DNA of 64,000 nucleotides from Flaccisagitta enflata (Eukaryota), in assembly GCA_965153355.1 (NCBI GenBank), contig OZ231126.1, positions 29,946,001 through 30,010,000 of the forward strand, given 5' to 3'. The notes under the pieces are model-generated. The model had not been told where the DNA came from, did not search any database, and saw only the letters and a list, made by a program, of their open reading frames with translations. Shown here in pieces: positions 23,748 through 34,936 of this stretch; position 1 is the first letter of the stretch; every line of letters starts with the position of its first letter. A program made the translations under genes and the position numbers.

Positions 23748-26276
23748 ACAACAAGAGCTGCAACAACGTCAACCGGCAACGCAGCCGCAGGAACAACAAC
23801 AACAGCGGAAAAATGATGCAGGAGAACGTATGCAACAGCAACTGCAGCAACAACAGCAACCTTCCGCCGCGATCCCAGCGGTGGTAGTGGATCCTCCAGC
23901 GTCAAATGATCATCCTGTCGAAAGCATGAATGTTAGTGAGGAGACAGAAGAAGCGAGACAGCAACGCCTTGCAGAACAACGACTGCGCATGATGGCTGAA
24001 GGTGAAGGTGGTGGTGCAGCAACAGCCCCAAAGGTGCCGATCGCGGTGCCATTGGGATTCCAACAGCGGAGCTCATCACAAGAAGACAAAGAGTTATACG
24101 ACAGAATGTGTAACTTTCGCCAGCAGCAGCAGCGAGATGAAGATAGAAGGGCAGGAGTGTTCAACAATGCGGCAGAGATGCAACGAAGACATTGGAATAG
24201 CCTGAACGACGGCGGCATTGGTGGAGCTTTAGAGCAGCGAGATGTGAAGCTTAGACAACTGTCTGAGCTGGACAAGCAGCAGCCGCAGCATCCGTCAAAG
24301 GACCGTCGATCTATTTTCAATTTGAACTTGCAGCAACGTCATGTGCAGCCAGTGGAAACATCCGTCAAGCAGCCGATGCAGCAGCAGCAACATGTGGAGC
24401 AGCAGCAGCAGCAAGGACAGCGACAGCATCAACTGCAGCAGCAGAATGAGCAGCAACAGCATCCTGACCAGCAGCAGCAGCTTCAACATCAACAGTGGCA
24501 GCAGCAACGGTTTCAACAACAGCAACAGCATCAGTATCAGCATCATCAAACTCCAGCAGCAACGATTCTCCCTACCGCACCGGAAGTGATCTTCGAGAAG
24601 CAGATTGGTTCTGCTAGAAGGGAGACTGGTCTTCCCCATCAAGAGGAAAAGGTCTTCAACACAGCCGGAAGCGGAGGTGATGCAACGGAGGCGATGCGCA
24701 GGAGGCAGAGGCAGGAGGCCGCTGACGCGAAGTTGGCACAGCAGCTGCAAGATAAGGAGAGAAGAAAAGTCGCTCCCAAGAAGACAACGAGTGGATTGCA
24801 GCCGAAGGCGCCAAAAGTAGCGCAAGCGCCTCTAGCAACGCCTCAAGCGGAAGTCATCCAGCAGAATCAACGTTTGCAGCAAGAAGTGGATAGTTTGAAG
24901 ATGCAGATTCAGCAGAGAGACTTTGACCTTGCCGCAGCGAGAGCAGAAGAAAAACAACGAAAGAGGAACAACAACAGCGACAGTACGTCCGCCAAGATTT
25001 TGATGCTCCCGATTCCATCAAGATGATCGTCAACAACAAATGAATCAGCAAGAAGAAGTTGGGTGGAGTATAAAAACCACCAAAAAGAGATCTCCGGTAA
25101 AGTCGGGGGTCAATACGCTTTGCCCAACAACCCCAGCGTATCATCAGGTGGAGCTTCATCAAGTAGCTCGTCAACCGGAAGTCCACGTTCAGATGCCCAA
25201 TAATCCGGCTCTGGATATGTTCTTGGAGAGGGCGGCGTACAACGATTATATGCGAGCAAGGGAGGTCGGCCTCAAAGCATTGGAGAGAGCAAGACCTGAG
25301 AAGCCTCTGCAGGAGCTTTCATCCACCGATTTCATGATGTGGAAGAGGAAGTTCAAAGATGCTGAAAAGTATGAAGGCTTGACGCAAATGGACATTTTAT
25401 CGGAATTGCCTAAGTGGTTTGCTGGTCCGGCAAAGGAGATCATTGAAACTGCGACGATTGATGCAACTGAAGCGACAGCAAGAGGAGAGATTGACGACGC
25501 CTTCGCAAAATGGACGTCGTCTTTATGGCAAGGCGCTGCAACATTGCGGCGCTGTTCAACGAAATCGTCGCGGAGGCAAGATCCAGTCGGCCGACCATGC
25601 AAGGCATTTCAATTTGTCTGCAAGGTTGCAAAAGGCAAAGAAGATTGCGAGGACCTGTGGAGAAGTGCAACACTGCTATCGTGACGAGCTGCTGCAGGAA
25701 ATCCTCAATAAGAGGGTCCCTCATCTTGCAGATAAATTCTGGGAAAAGCAACATGAAGCAGCCCAAAATGGACAATTATTTTCATTCGACAACTTGGTCA
25801 ACATGATCGAGACATGGGCGGTGATTCAGCGCAACAAAGGCGCAAGCTGCAAAACAGCATCAGTGGCAGCAGTCGCAACTACAGAAAAAGAAGCGCCATC
25901 ATCATATGGGGATGCTTTGACCAATGGCAAGCAAAAGATGCAGTCGACGGACCGCTGCAACGTCTGCAGTGGAATGCATCAAACAGAAGAGTGTCATCAG
26001 CTGTTAGAGTTGGAAGTGGACGCGAGAGTTCAGAAGATCATGTCTCGTCGTCTGTGCTTCCACTGCCTCGCGCCAGGACACAACGCCAAAGGATGTGCGA
26101 ACAGACCAACTTGCCAGATCTGCAAGAAGCGGCATGCCACGATTCTCCACGGGCGCACCTACAAGAAAGAAGAAATCAACAAGTCAGAGGATGCGGCTGC
26201 AGCAGCACCAACAGCTCCGTCGACGGCGGAGACAGCCAATCCTACGGAAGTGATCTCTTCTAACGTCACGGCATGA
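22537..26276 (+). CDS. gag: BEL/Pao Gag, glutamine-rich, ~1250 aa if four apparent 1-nt deletions are repaired
   Basis: ORFs 22537-25026, 25040-25684, 25510-25806 and 25419-26276 can be joined by adding one base at ~24961, ~25009, ~25508 and ~25571; C-terminus has CNVCSGMHQTEEC, CFHCLAPGHNAKGC and CQICKKRHATILH knuckles typical of BEL Gag. Confidence 0.85.
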
Positions 26277-28061
26277 CTGGCGGCGACGGCAACGTCGCGG
26301 TCCGTCTCTTCATTCGACGACGTTGTCCGTCCGATTGTTCCAGTGACTATCATAAACAATTCTTCGGGTGCGCAGAGGACGATTTACGCTATGATCGACT
26401 CAGGCGCTGATCGCGACGTGATCAGTACCAATGTCATTCGCAGTCTTCTGATTCCAACAAAAACAGTGCAAATGACGGTGATTACCGTGGGAAGTCATGT
26501 TGTTGAGGATCGTTTCATCGCATCATTCACTATGCAATCGGTCGACGAGGAATATGTCGTCGACGTCAACGACGCATTGGTGGGTGATTTGTTAACGAGT
26601 GAACGCGACATTCCTCCTTTTCTCCGCGACCTATCTGACCAACCTCACGTCGAAAGCATAAAATTTCCAGAAGCTGAAGGCGGTGTGATGATGATCATCG
26701 GAGCGGCGCATGCGGATGCCGCCGTCGCTCAAGAAATCCGCCGAGGGCCTTCAGGATCTTTGACTTGCTTCAGATGTCTATTCGGTTGGACTGTATGTGG
26801 AAAAACGGGCAAGAGAGGACGAGATATTGCATCGATCAACGCTATCGCGACGGATGACCGTGTCCTCAACGACAACATCGATCGCATCCTCGACAATCGC
26901 GTCCTCAACAGCAACATTGACCGCATCTTCTACCATGACTTTGCATCATCAATCGTCTCGCAAGAGGAGATGGGTGATTCCCTTGAAAATGTCAGAGCGT
27001 GCAAAATGTTAGAGGAAAAGACATATTTTTGCCCAATTGCAGCAGAGGATCTTCTTCCTAAACCGGAAGTGGCGCAAGACGTCTTGGAGGAGGCGCGCAA
27101 ACAGCTCGTCAAGTCAATGCAGCGGCAACATTGTTCCGACGTTTTCGAACAATTGGAGTTGGGAAAAGCCTTTAAACCAAAAGGCCGTCGTGACTTCGTC
27201 ATCAAGGGTGAGGATGTGCTAAAGTTGAACCCTTTCGTCGATGACGACGGCGTCCTTCGCGTCGGCAGCCGATTGGAGAATGCCGACATCACACGTGACG
27301 CTAAATTTCCCTTCATCCTTCCGCCAAAAGACGAGAATGTGAAATCATTAATTCGCCATTATCATCATAATGATTTTCACGTGGGTGCAGAGCATACATT
27401 GTGCCAATTACGCCAATTTGTGTGGATTACAAAAGGTCTTCAGGCTGTCAAGAGCGTCGTCAACACGTGCTTCAGATGCCAGAAGAACTTGAAAAAGAAC
27501 GCGAATCAGCGAATGGCCAAGCTTCCGTCAAAGCGTCATCTTGCTTCCATCTCTATTGGCGCCATCCTCCACGTCGATGCCTTCAACACTGCTGTCGTCG
27601 AAGGTGAAGGAATTCTCAATCGCCGTCCTCTAACAGCGCTCAGCGGTGATCCAAATGATTCTGAGGCCCTCACACCGAATCATATCCTCAATCCATCAAC
27701 ATCCGGTCACGCCCCTCTGGATCTGGCGCAACAAGGCGTCAACTCTGACGCCGACTCAGCGAAGATTCAATGGAGGCGTGCGCAATCGCGGGTGGATGTG
27801 TTTTGGAAATCGTGGAGGGTCGAATATTTGGCGCTTCTTCACGCGCAAAGCAAATGGTCGAGATCCGAGAGAGACTTTGCGGTCGATAACATGGTCGTCG
27901 TCATGGACGAAACGCTGCCTCGTCACAATTGGAGTTTAGGACGCGTCATGGGTGTCGAAGGTTCATCAGCTCATGTCCGGAGAGCTTATCCTCGACGCCA
28001 AGATGAAAAGATCGTGACGAAAGACCGCACAAGGCGTCTGCGGCTGGAATTGGATTCATAA
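26277..28061 (+). CDS. pol: Truncated BEL Pol: aspartic protease + integrase zinc finger + C-terminal domain; no RT, RNase H or DDE core
   Basis: VVRPIVPVTI...IYAMIDSGADRDVI (protease); LNPFVDDDGVLRVGSRL..K.PFILP; H..DFHVG...WI...CFRC (HHCC); ILNRRPL..LTPNHIL; QWRRAQ..FWKSWRVEYL..W.LGRV (DUF5641-like). Same frame as gag, after a TGA. Confidence 0.9.
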   Translation: MAATATSRSVSSFDDVVRPIVPVTIINNSSGAQRTIYAMIDSGADRDVISTNVIRSLLIPTKTVQMTVITVGSHVVEDRFIASFTMQSVDEEYVVDVNDALVGDLLTSERDIPPFLRDLSDQPHVESIKFPEAEGGVMMIIGAAHADAAVAQEIRRGPSGSLTCFRCLFGWTVCGKTGKRGRDIASINAIATDDRVLNDNIDRILDNRVLNSNIDRIFYHDFASSIVSQEEMGDSLENVRACKMLEEKTYFCPIAAEDLLPKPEVAQDVLEEARKQLVKSMQRQHCSDVFEQLELGKAFKPKGRRDFVIKGEDVLKLNPFVDDDGVLRVGSRLENADITRDAKFPFILPPKDENVKSLIRHYHHNDFHVGAEHTLCQLRQFVWITKGLQAVKSVVNTCFRCQKNLKKNANQRMAKLPSKRHLASISIGAILHVDAFNTAVVEGEGILNRRPLTALSGDPNDSEALTPNHILNPSTSGHAPLDLAQQGVNSDADSAKIQWRRAQSRVDVFWKSWRVEYLALLHAQSKWSRSERDFAVDNMVVVMDETLPRHNWSLGRVMGVEGSSAHVRRAYPRRQDEKIVTKDRTRRLRLELDS

Positions 28062-29125
28062 AAAACGCTAAGTTTTGAGAGAGAGAGAGAAAAGGCGCAT
28101 GGGCCTGTCCATTAGTAACTATAGATATGAGTGATTGAAACTCTGACTTGTTATATTTACAAAGAGTTGTTATTATTCATATTTGGTTCTGATTATCCAT
28201 GCTTTCATCTTTCCTCTTGTCAATTATGTTATCCATTTCCACTCACACATCAAAACACTGATTCATTCGCTCTGTCTATATGTACATATTATTGTGCCAA
28301 AATCCGTTCTTACCATTATCAGTTCGCGATAACGAACATTTCAAGCTTCCGCTGACAACGTTATTCCATCTACGAAGTCAGTCTACATCTTGAAGTCGCT
28401 CGTCGGAGTCAAGATGTCACGTCAGCATCCGGCTCCTCCTGCGCCTTTCGATGCGGTCGCCGTTGACGACATCATTTATCGCCTTTCGCCCACGGATTGA
28501 CGAGGTGTTGGAGCTTCCGGAATGACCCGCTCGTCTCTGTAATGGAGAAGGCGCAGGTGATGTGGTCGTTCCATGATGCTTACTAATTTTTTTTTTTTTT
28601 TGCTTTTACTGATTCGTTTTTATATATAGTTAGTAATTTATTTAATTTTATCTTGTTTTGTTTGGTTCCTTGGAACATGTAAATTTTGTTGTGTTTGTTT
28701 TAGACATGGTCTTTTTAGTCATTATTACGAATACTTTCGTATGACATGTTTTAGTAGTATGCCCCTACTCATTATTTTCCACTCTTAAGTCAAATCCCAG
28801 GCTTGAGTGCTCCAAGGCCCGTTCCTTTTCCCCCTCTTCCTTAACTTTTACAGAACAGGTGCCTCAACTCGTCGCCGCCTGTCTCCATCCGCGTCATCGT
28901 GATCGAAAATTTGCTGGTGGTGGATCCTTTCCGGACGGGAATCATCTCTCGTGCAGACGTCGATCTGTTGATAGTTAGGGTGGGGATGTAAGAGGCGGTG
29001 GACGGGGGGGAGGGGCGGGGGCTGTGTCTATGTAAATTTTTTTTTAAGGAAGGTAGTATCGGTTTTTTAGTAGGGTTTCCCCGACTGGAAACTAGGTGTC
29101 GGATTTTTGAAATTCGTGAAATTCC

Positions 29126-29140
29126 AAAAATGGGGCAGAA
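29126..29140 (+). promoter_or_regulatory. Polypurine tract
   Basis: aaaaatggggcagaa immediately before the TG of the 3' LTR. Confidence 0.8.
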
Positions 29141-30053
29141 TGTTAGAAATGTATGTCCGTCCGTTTCTTAAGTATGTGTGCTTTTGTTTCTTTTGCGTGC
29201 TTTGGCTTTTTTTCTTTCTCTATTGTTCAATGCCAGCGTCTTTTGTTTCTCGCCACTTTTTATATTGAACGCTAGATGGGTAACCATATGGTTGCGCCTT
29301 GTATTTTGTGCCATTTGTTTTTATTACGTAGGCATACATACGTAACTCGTCTTTCGTATCATCCAATTTTTGGATTGATTGATTTTATTTATTTGCGGCA
29401 TTGCTTCCTAAAGTGATTGATTGATTTTTCGTGATTGATTGAATGTGCCCTTGGAATTTACTAATTTCAATAATCTCTCATCTTTTTATTGCAGATAAAC
29501 TTATGAACGGACAATTAACGTTAATTTGACTTCGACAGACTGTGGGTTGAAACCAACGAAAGTGGGCCTAAAAGTAAGTTTTTAGACGCGTCTTTGCTTT
29601 TATTAACGTTGTTTTTATCTTGTCTTCCGGTCTGTTATTTTTGTCTTTTGCCCTTTTGCATTTTTATCGCCGGATTTAGTATGGTTTTTATCGCTTGCCC
29701 GATCAGCTTACTATGGGGATGATATGGATGAATCTAATGGGATAGGCCGGGGCAGGGGCAGGTATTATCAGGTGGCATGGGCTCTGAAGAAGATGAACAT
29801 GTTGTCATGTGCTGTTTCTGTCCTTTATTGTGTCCTGTCTCGATTTCATGTTATCTTTTGCGTTTGCTGATCAAAATTAACGCCCACTTTCCCTTTCATT
29901 TTTCCCCCTCTCTTCAGTTGTTGAAATTTTTATGGAATAAACGAGACGATCGCCTTCCTATTTTCCAATCGGCCAACTTTCTTTCACCACAAGTCGTCAG
30001 TCAGATAGACGCTCATAGACAGTGCCAGTTGAAACTCGTGGGCGTAATTTATA
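29141..30053 (+). repeat. 3' LTR (913 bp)
   Basis: Direct repeat of 21561-22474, followed by TSD gtgac. Confidence 0.95.
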
Positions 30054-31044
30054 GTGACGTTTCAGACCAGTAGTTGTTTTATCAGTTAGTAATGCGTCGG
30101 ACCATTAGTTTGTTTATCAAGTAATAATGCATCAGACCATGAGCTGGTAAATCAAATAATAATAACACGCTGTTGTACAAGTTGAACGGACTAATTGGAT
30201 TGATTTTCATATCACGTGTTTACTTGTTTACATATCATTACAAAATCGTAAATATGCTCATTTTTTTAATTGAAGAGGGAAATTCGTCTTTTGTAATTTG
30301 TTCCTTGATATCAACTTCACGTGACTCTTTTACTCGCTGTGTCAGGCGGTCCGTCAGTTTATCCTTTAGGCCCGTCTATCTTTTTCTTTTTTTAACATAA
30401 TAGCGTTAAGGGTGTTTTATTTTTAGGGGATATAGGTAGTTTATTCTTTGCCACAGTGCACCTACCCTTTTTTAAAGTTCTTTTTCAGGGGTGTATATAA
30501 TTGAGTCGCCTTTGATTTTTTTTCCCTGTTTTGCGTCGTGTCGCATTTTAAAATCTATGATTATCTTCCCCAGAGTGAAACAGTGAAACAGTGTAGTTAA
30601 GGTTTCAATAGAGTTGAATTGTCTTTTACTAATCATTATTTATGATTTGGTACTGCCAAAAGATATATCTTCTTTTTTGCCCGGCCACCCGCACGCGATC
30701 GAGGCATCCAAAAATCCGTCCATGCTGTTTAAACACATTTCATTTTCTGAGGAGACTCTTTCTATTCCAAAGATGGCGTACGTGTACTTTGTGTTGATTG
30801 AATAGGCCCAGCATTTACGAGCCTTCCTCCTTTTAACATCCTTCCATCATCCTTTTATAGCTCGTCGAGGAATCATTCTCTTTACAATTCCCCCCCCCCC
30901 TTCCCCGCCCTCTTTTATTTCAAATCCCAAAAATAGTCTTCCATAATGCACAGCAAATTATTCTGCTATACTACATAAACACATCATCTCCTTAGTCCTT
31001 CCATTCCAAAACTATTCTGCATTGCCTTCAATGGGCACGCATCT

Positions 31045-31122
<78 letters not shown>

Positions 31123-32602
31123 CCAATTCTAAATATAACATGCATTTGCATTCAGGGAGGCGTCTTCTGTCCTCCACTAACAGTTCAGATACTTCACACA
31201 GTGTTCCTATTCAAAACTTCAAAGAACTTTATTAGAAAAAGTATCTAGAACCGTGCCTACCTGCCCACTTGATCATTTCCACAAATGATACATCAAGATG
31301 TTCATGAGTGCTCCACCCTCTGTTTAGCCCCCCCACCTTCACTCCACAATTCACAAATGATCTGCACTGAAGCCTTTTATGTTTGTTCCAGATTTCATGG
31401 CATCCTGCCAGAGCCTGCGCCCATTGGACCTCATGGAATCGTCACCCAGCACTCTCTACCTCCGTCCCAAACCCACTCACCCTAATCTAAACATAGTATG
31501 CATTGATGTTCATGAAGGCATCAACACATACTCTTTCTCTCTCAACTTCGCTCAGCCTTAAAACTAATTCTAAATTCCTATTCATTGGGGCGTCACCTCC
31601 GCATTCTTTACATCATTCTACCCTTACCACATACCCTTATCTACACATGTTCATAAGGGTATCCCCACAGCATTCCTCCCATTCTCACTCACCCTTATCT
31701 AAACATGGGGGCGTCATCTTGCGCCCTTCCCGGAAGAGAATGGCGCCATTTCTCCTGATCACGTGATCGAGAAACAAAGCGAAAGCACGTTTCAAATAAT
31801 CTTCCGAATAACATGAGCACGCAATTGTGCATGAGCTTAATACTAAATAGGTATTTGTGTCTGTGCGATCTTTGTGTTTGTGATTTTGATTGTCTTCGTG
31901 TTTGTGATTGTTTTTCATTAATGTTTCTGTTTGTGTTAAAGACTGTTTCATCTGTGGGTGTGTGACAGTGTTATTGTGTGCGTCAGATTTATGCCAGTCT
32001 TGAGAGAGTGCAGAGCGAGCTCCCCATGTCAGAACAAAGGATTCCAAATTGTTTACTGCTCAGTCCAAGGCAAAGGACACCCGCTATCAATGATGTTCGT
32101 GAGCGGTCTTATGTCTTAACTTAAACACGGAATCTTCTTCCCACAAATAGCTCAAAGAGGTGATAAAGGGGCAACCAAAGCACAGAAAGATGAATTTGAC
32201 AAAAATGGCGCAAAAACCAAATGTGCCCGTATCTTAAATTTCATGTATGCATAAATGATTGATTCATTCTATAGAAAACAAGGCCAATAAGGTGCGCCAT
32301 GTGATACATCAAATGTTTGCATTACTGACAGACCAACGACCAACCAACTGATCGATAGACACAGTCAGTTATACAGGTGAGTTGGCGCACTTCAAAAATC
32401 GTTGTAAGCGTTTAATTGAAATGCTCCTTACAAATTTCAACGAGATTTGATATGTCTTCACATTCATCATCTTTGGAACTGCCTCATAAAAGAATGTTTT
32501 CATTTCCCTGAATAGACTTATTGTCAAATCAACCTTGTTTCGGCATAATGAGATTATCGTGGACGGTTGGGCAGGCTGGGCTGCCCAACCCCCCTTACAC
32601 AC

Positions 32603-32684
<82 letters not shown>

Positions 32685-34054
32685 GCAACGATGGTATCTA
32701 AGATGCATATTTTCACAGTTCACACTTTCCGACTCATGACTAATGGATCAACAGACTGACTAACGGACTGACCCACAAATAGGTGGACCAACAGATGGCC
32801 CAATAGTAGTCATGAAATTTTCAGCTAAAAACGCATAGCACCAGTGAAAGAAACAGATAAGTGAATGAGGGGCTGACTTTACTTGCTGTGTGCAGGAGGG
32901 CAATACTCAGTTCCATGTGAAACGTCAAGCGCTTTTGAGTTTTAAATAAGTACTATTATCATAAACTCCTCAACAATCAAGAAACAGCAGCTTGTTATCC
33001 TCTGCAGCTGCCCCTAACGCTGCTGTCGCAATAATTCCCGATGTTCATATGTTTTTTTGTGTTTTCTGCCTTGTTCCTATAGAGGGCTGCTAAGACAGAG
33101 AGCAAGAGGAAAGCTAAAGAACACTTTTTGCTAGTAATTTTTTTGTTGATGATAACTAACACAAAAAAGACCCAGGCACTTGGCGATTTTCGATATAACA
33201 AGGTCAAATGGACGTCTAAACCAAAAGTTAAGACAGCTTGTGACACCTTGAGGTGGCCTGTAACCTGGAATTCTTGCTATATTGGATGCCAACCAATAGA
33301 CAGACAAAGCCTCTTATAAAGTCACCAGTACGCGCTTAAAAAGGGATGAGCGACAGTCTACAGATTGTTATCACAAAGTGAAACGGCGTTGACTCCGAGA
33401 CGTTATGGGATCGTGACCCAGATTCCACCTCCCGCGTCTCACATTCAACGCCACGGGACCGACATTTAGGACCACGTGACCCGAATTCCACGCCATATGA
33501 CGCAGACTCCATGTTTTTTGGCGCAGATTTGAAGCCATGGGACCGAGATTTAGTTCTACCTGACCCGAATTCCACGTCATACTATGACGCAGATGCAATA
33601 TACTATATGCTATGGTAAGTATTCTATGCACGTCAATGTGAAAAGAAGACATTCACTGCCTTAACAAATGTTCACAGTTTTTAGCGTGGCACAGTCTTGG
33701 GCCTTTTAAGGCTTAACGGTGAAGACACCATGATTTTAAACATAATTAAGGTCTAGCAGGGAACCAATATCGTCAATCTCATAACCACTGTTTATTAAAG
33801 TAAAATGAGGTTTATGTGTGAAACGTTGCGCCAATTGTCAAGTACGTCGTTCAAGCGCCTATCTTATTCACTGCCTCTACCTGACTGCTTCTCTGCGCTA
33901 CATTTGAGCGAGTTATTCAGTTGCAAATGGAATCGAGACGTTGAACTGTAACAGTGACTTAATTTCTTTTACTGCGCAATTTTGGCAAAACGTTTGTGAT
34001 TACATGTACAATTCAAATTTAAGCTTCGTATTCTGATGAGGCCGGCAAGGCGTT

Positions 34055-34904
34055 TTAATGTCCGCAAGCCATCCAGTAGACCATAGCGTAGGTCTTTGCA
34101 TGAACTTTGAGGTTGGTCGGTCGGAGCAAATAGGACATTCTGAAGCCTTTGTTGGTAACTTGCTCGTACCAAACATGCGCCCAAATTGGCTGAAGGGACG
34201 CATCATCAACAGCTTTGCGCACTCCAATCACCATAGTCGGAGTTCCAACGAATGGCCTGGAAAAGTAAATATTGATTTCATTGAATTTCAGCCCCTCCCA
34301 CGACAAAAAAAAAAAAGAAAAAAAAATCAAAAAGAAAATCAACAACAACAATGAACGCTGGGCAGTCGTATTGATGTGGCAGTAGGGATGAGGAAGCGGT
34401 CGATTTTAGTACCGCTTCCACCGCTTCCGCTTCCATTTTGCAGTACAAATACTAGTAGCTATCCCATCCTCCAAAATGGAAGCGGTCAATCGCTTCCACA
34501 TCCCTATTTGGCAGGCAGTCAAGCACGGGCCATTTTGGAAAGTTGAATAAACCCTCACTGCGAAAACCTGCACTGCAACCTGCACCTTAACAACCTTACT
34601 TTACAAATGGAAGAATGGGCCAACAGACTGACTTAACCAGTAAAACCACAGTCACATTGGCTCATTAAGTCAGGTGCATGCGCCGACAGGGGGGGGAAGA
34701 ACAAAGGAAGAACACGAGTGTTGCTACTTACTTTTTGAAGTTGACTCTGCGGAAGGTGTAGGACTTGACCTGGCCCCAAATTCCGTTGGGAGACTTTGTC
34801 ACTTCCAGTCCACTTTCGCACCGAATCATTTCTGATTTACTTGAGAATAAAATGGATGGTAACATTTGTCCATGATAGGCTGTCTGTCTGTCTATCTGTG
34901 TGTA

Positions 34905-34936
<32 letters not shown>

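Larger units (their letters stand above)
21561..30053 (+). mobile_element. BEL/Pao LTR retrotransposon, non-autonomous (internally deleted pol), recent insertion
   Basis: Two direct LTRs; TSD gtgac at 21556-21560 and 30054-30058; PPT before the 3' LTR; three Gag zinc knuckles, DSG protease, integrase HHCC finger and BEL-type C-terminal domain. Confidence 0.95.

Noticed and set aside
23209-27316. Antisense ORFs within the BEL element
   Set aside because: Shadows of the GC-rich, Q-rich sense ORFs; no independent motifs.
28062-29140. Classical env gene
   Set aside because: No long ORF, signal peptide or transmembrane segment; only the speculative small spliced ORF reported above.
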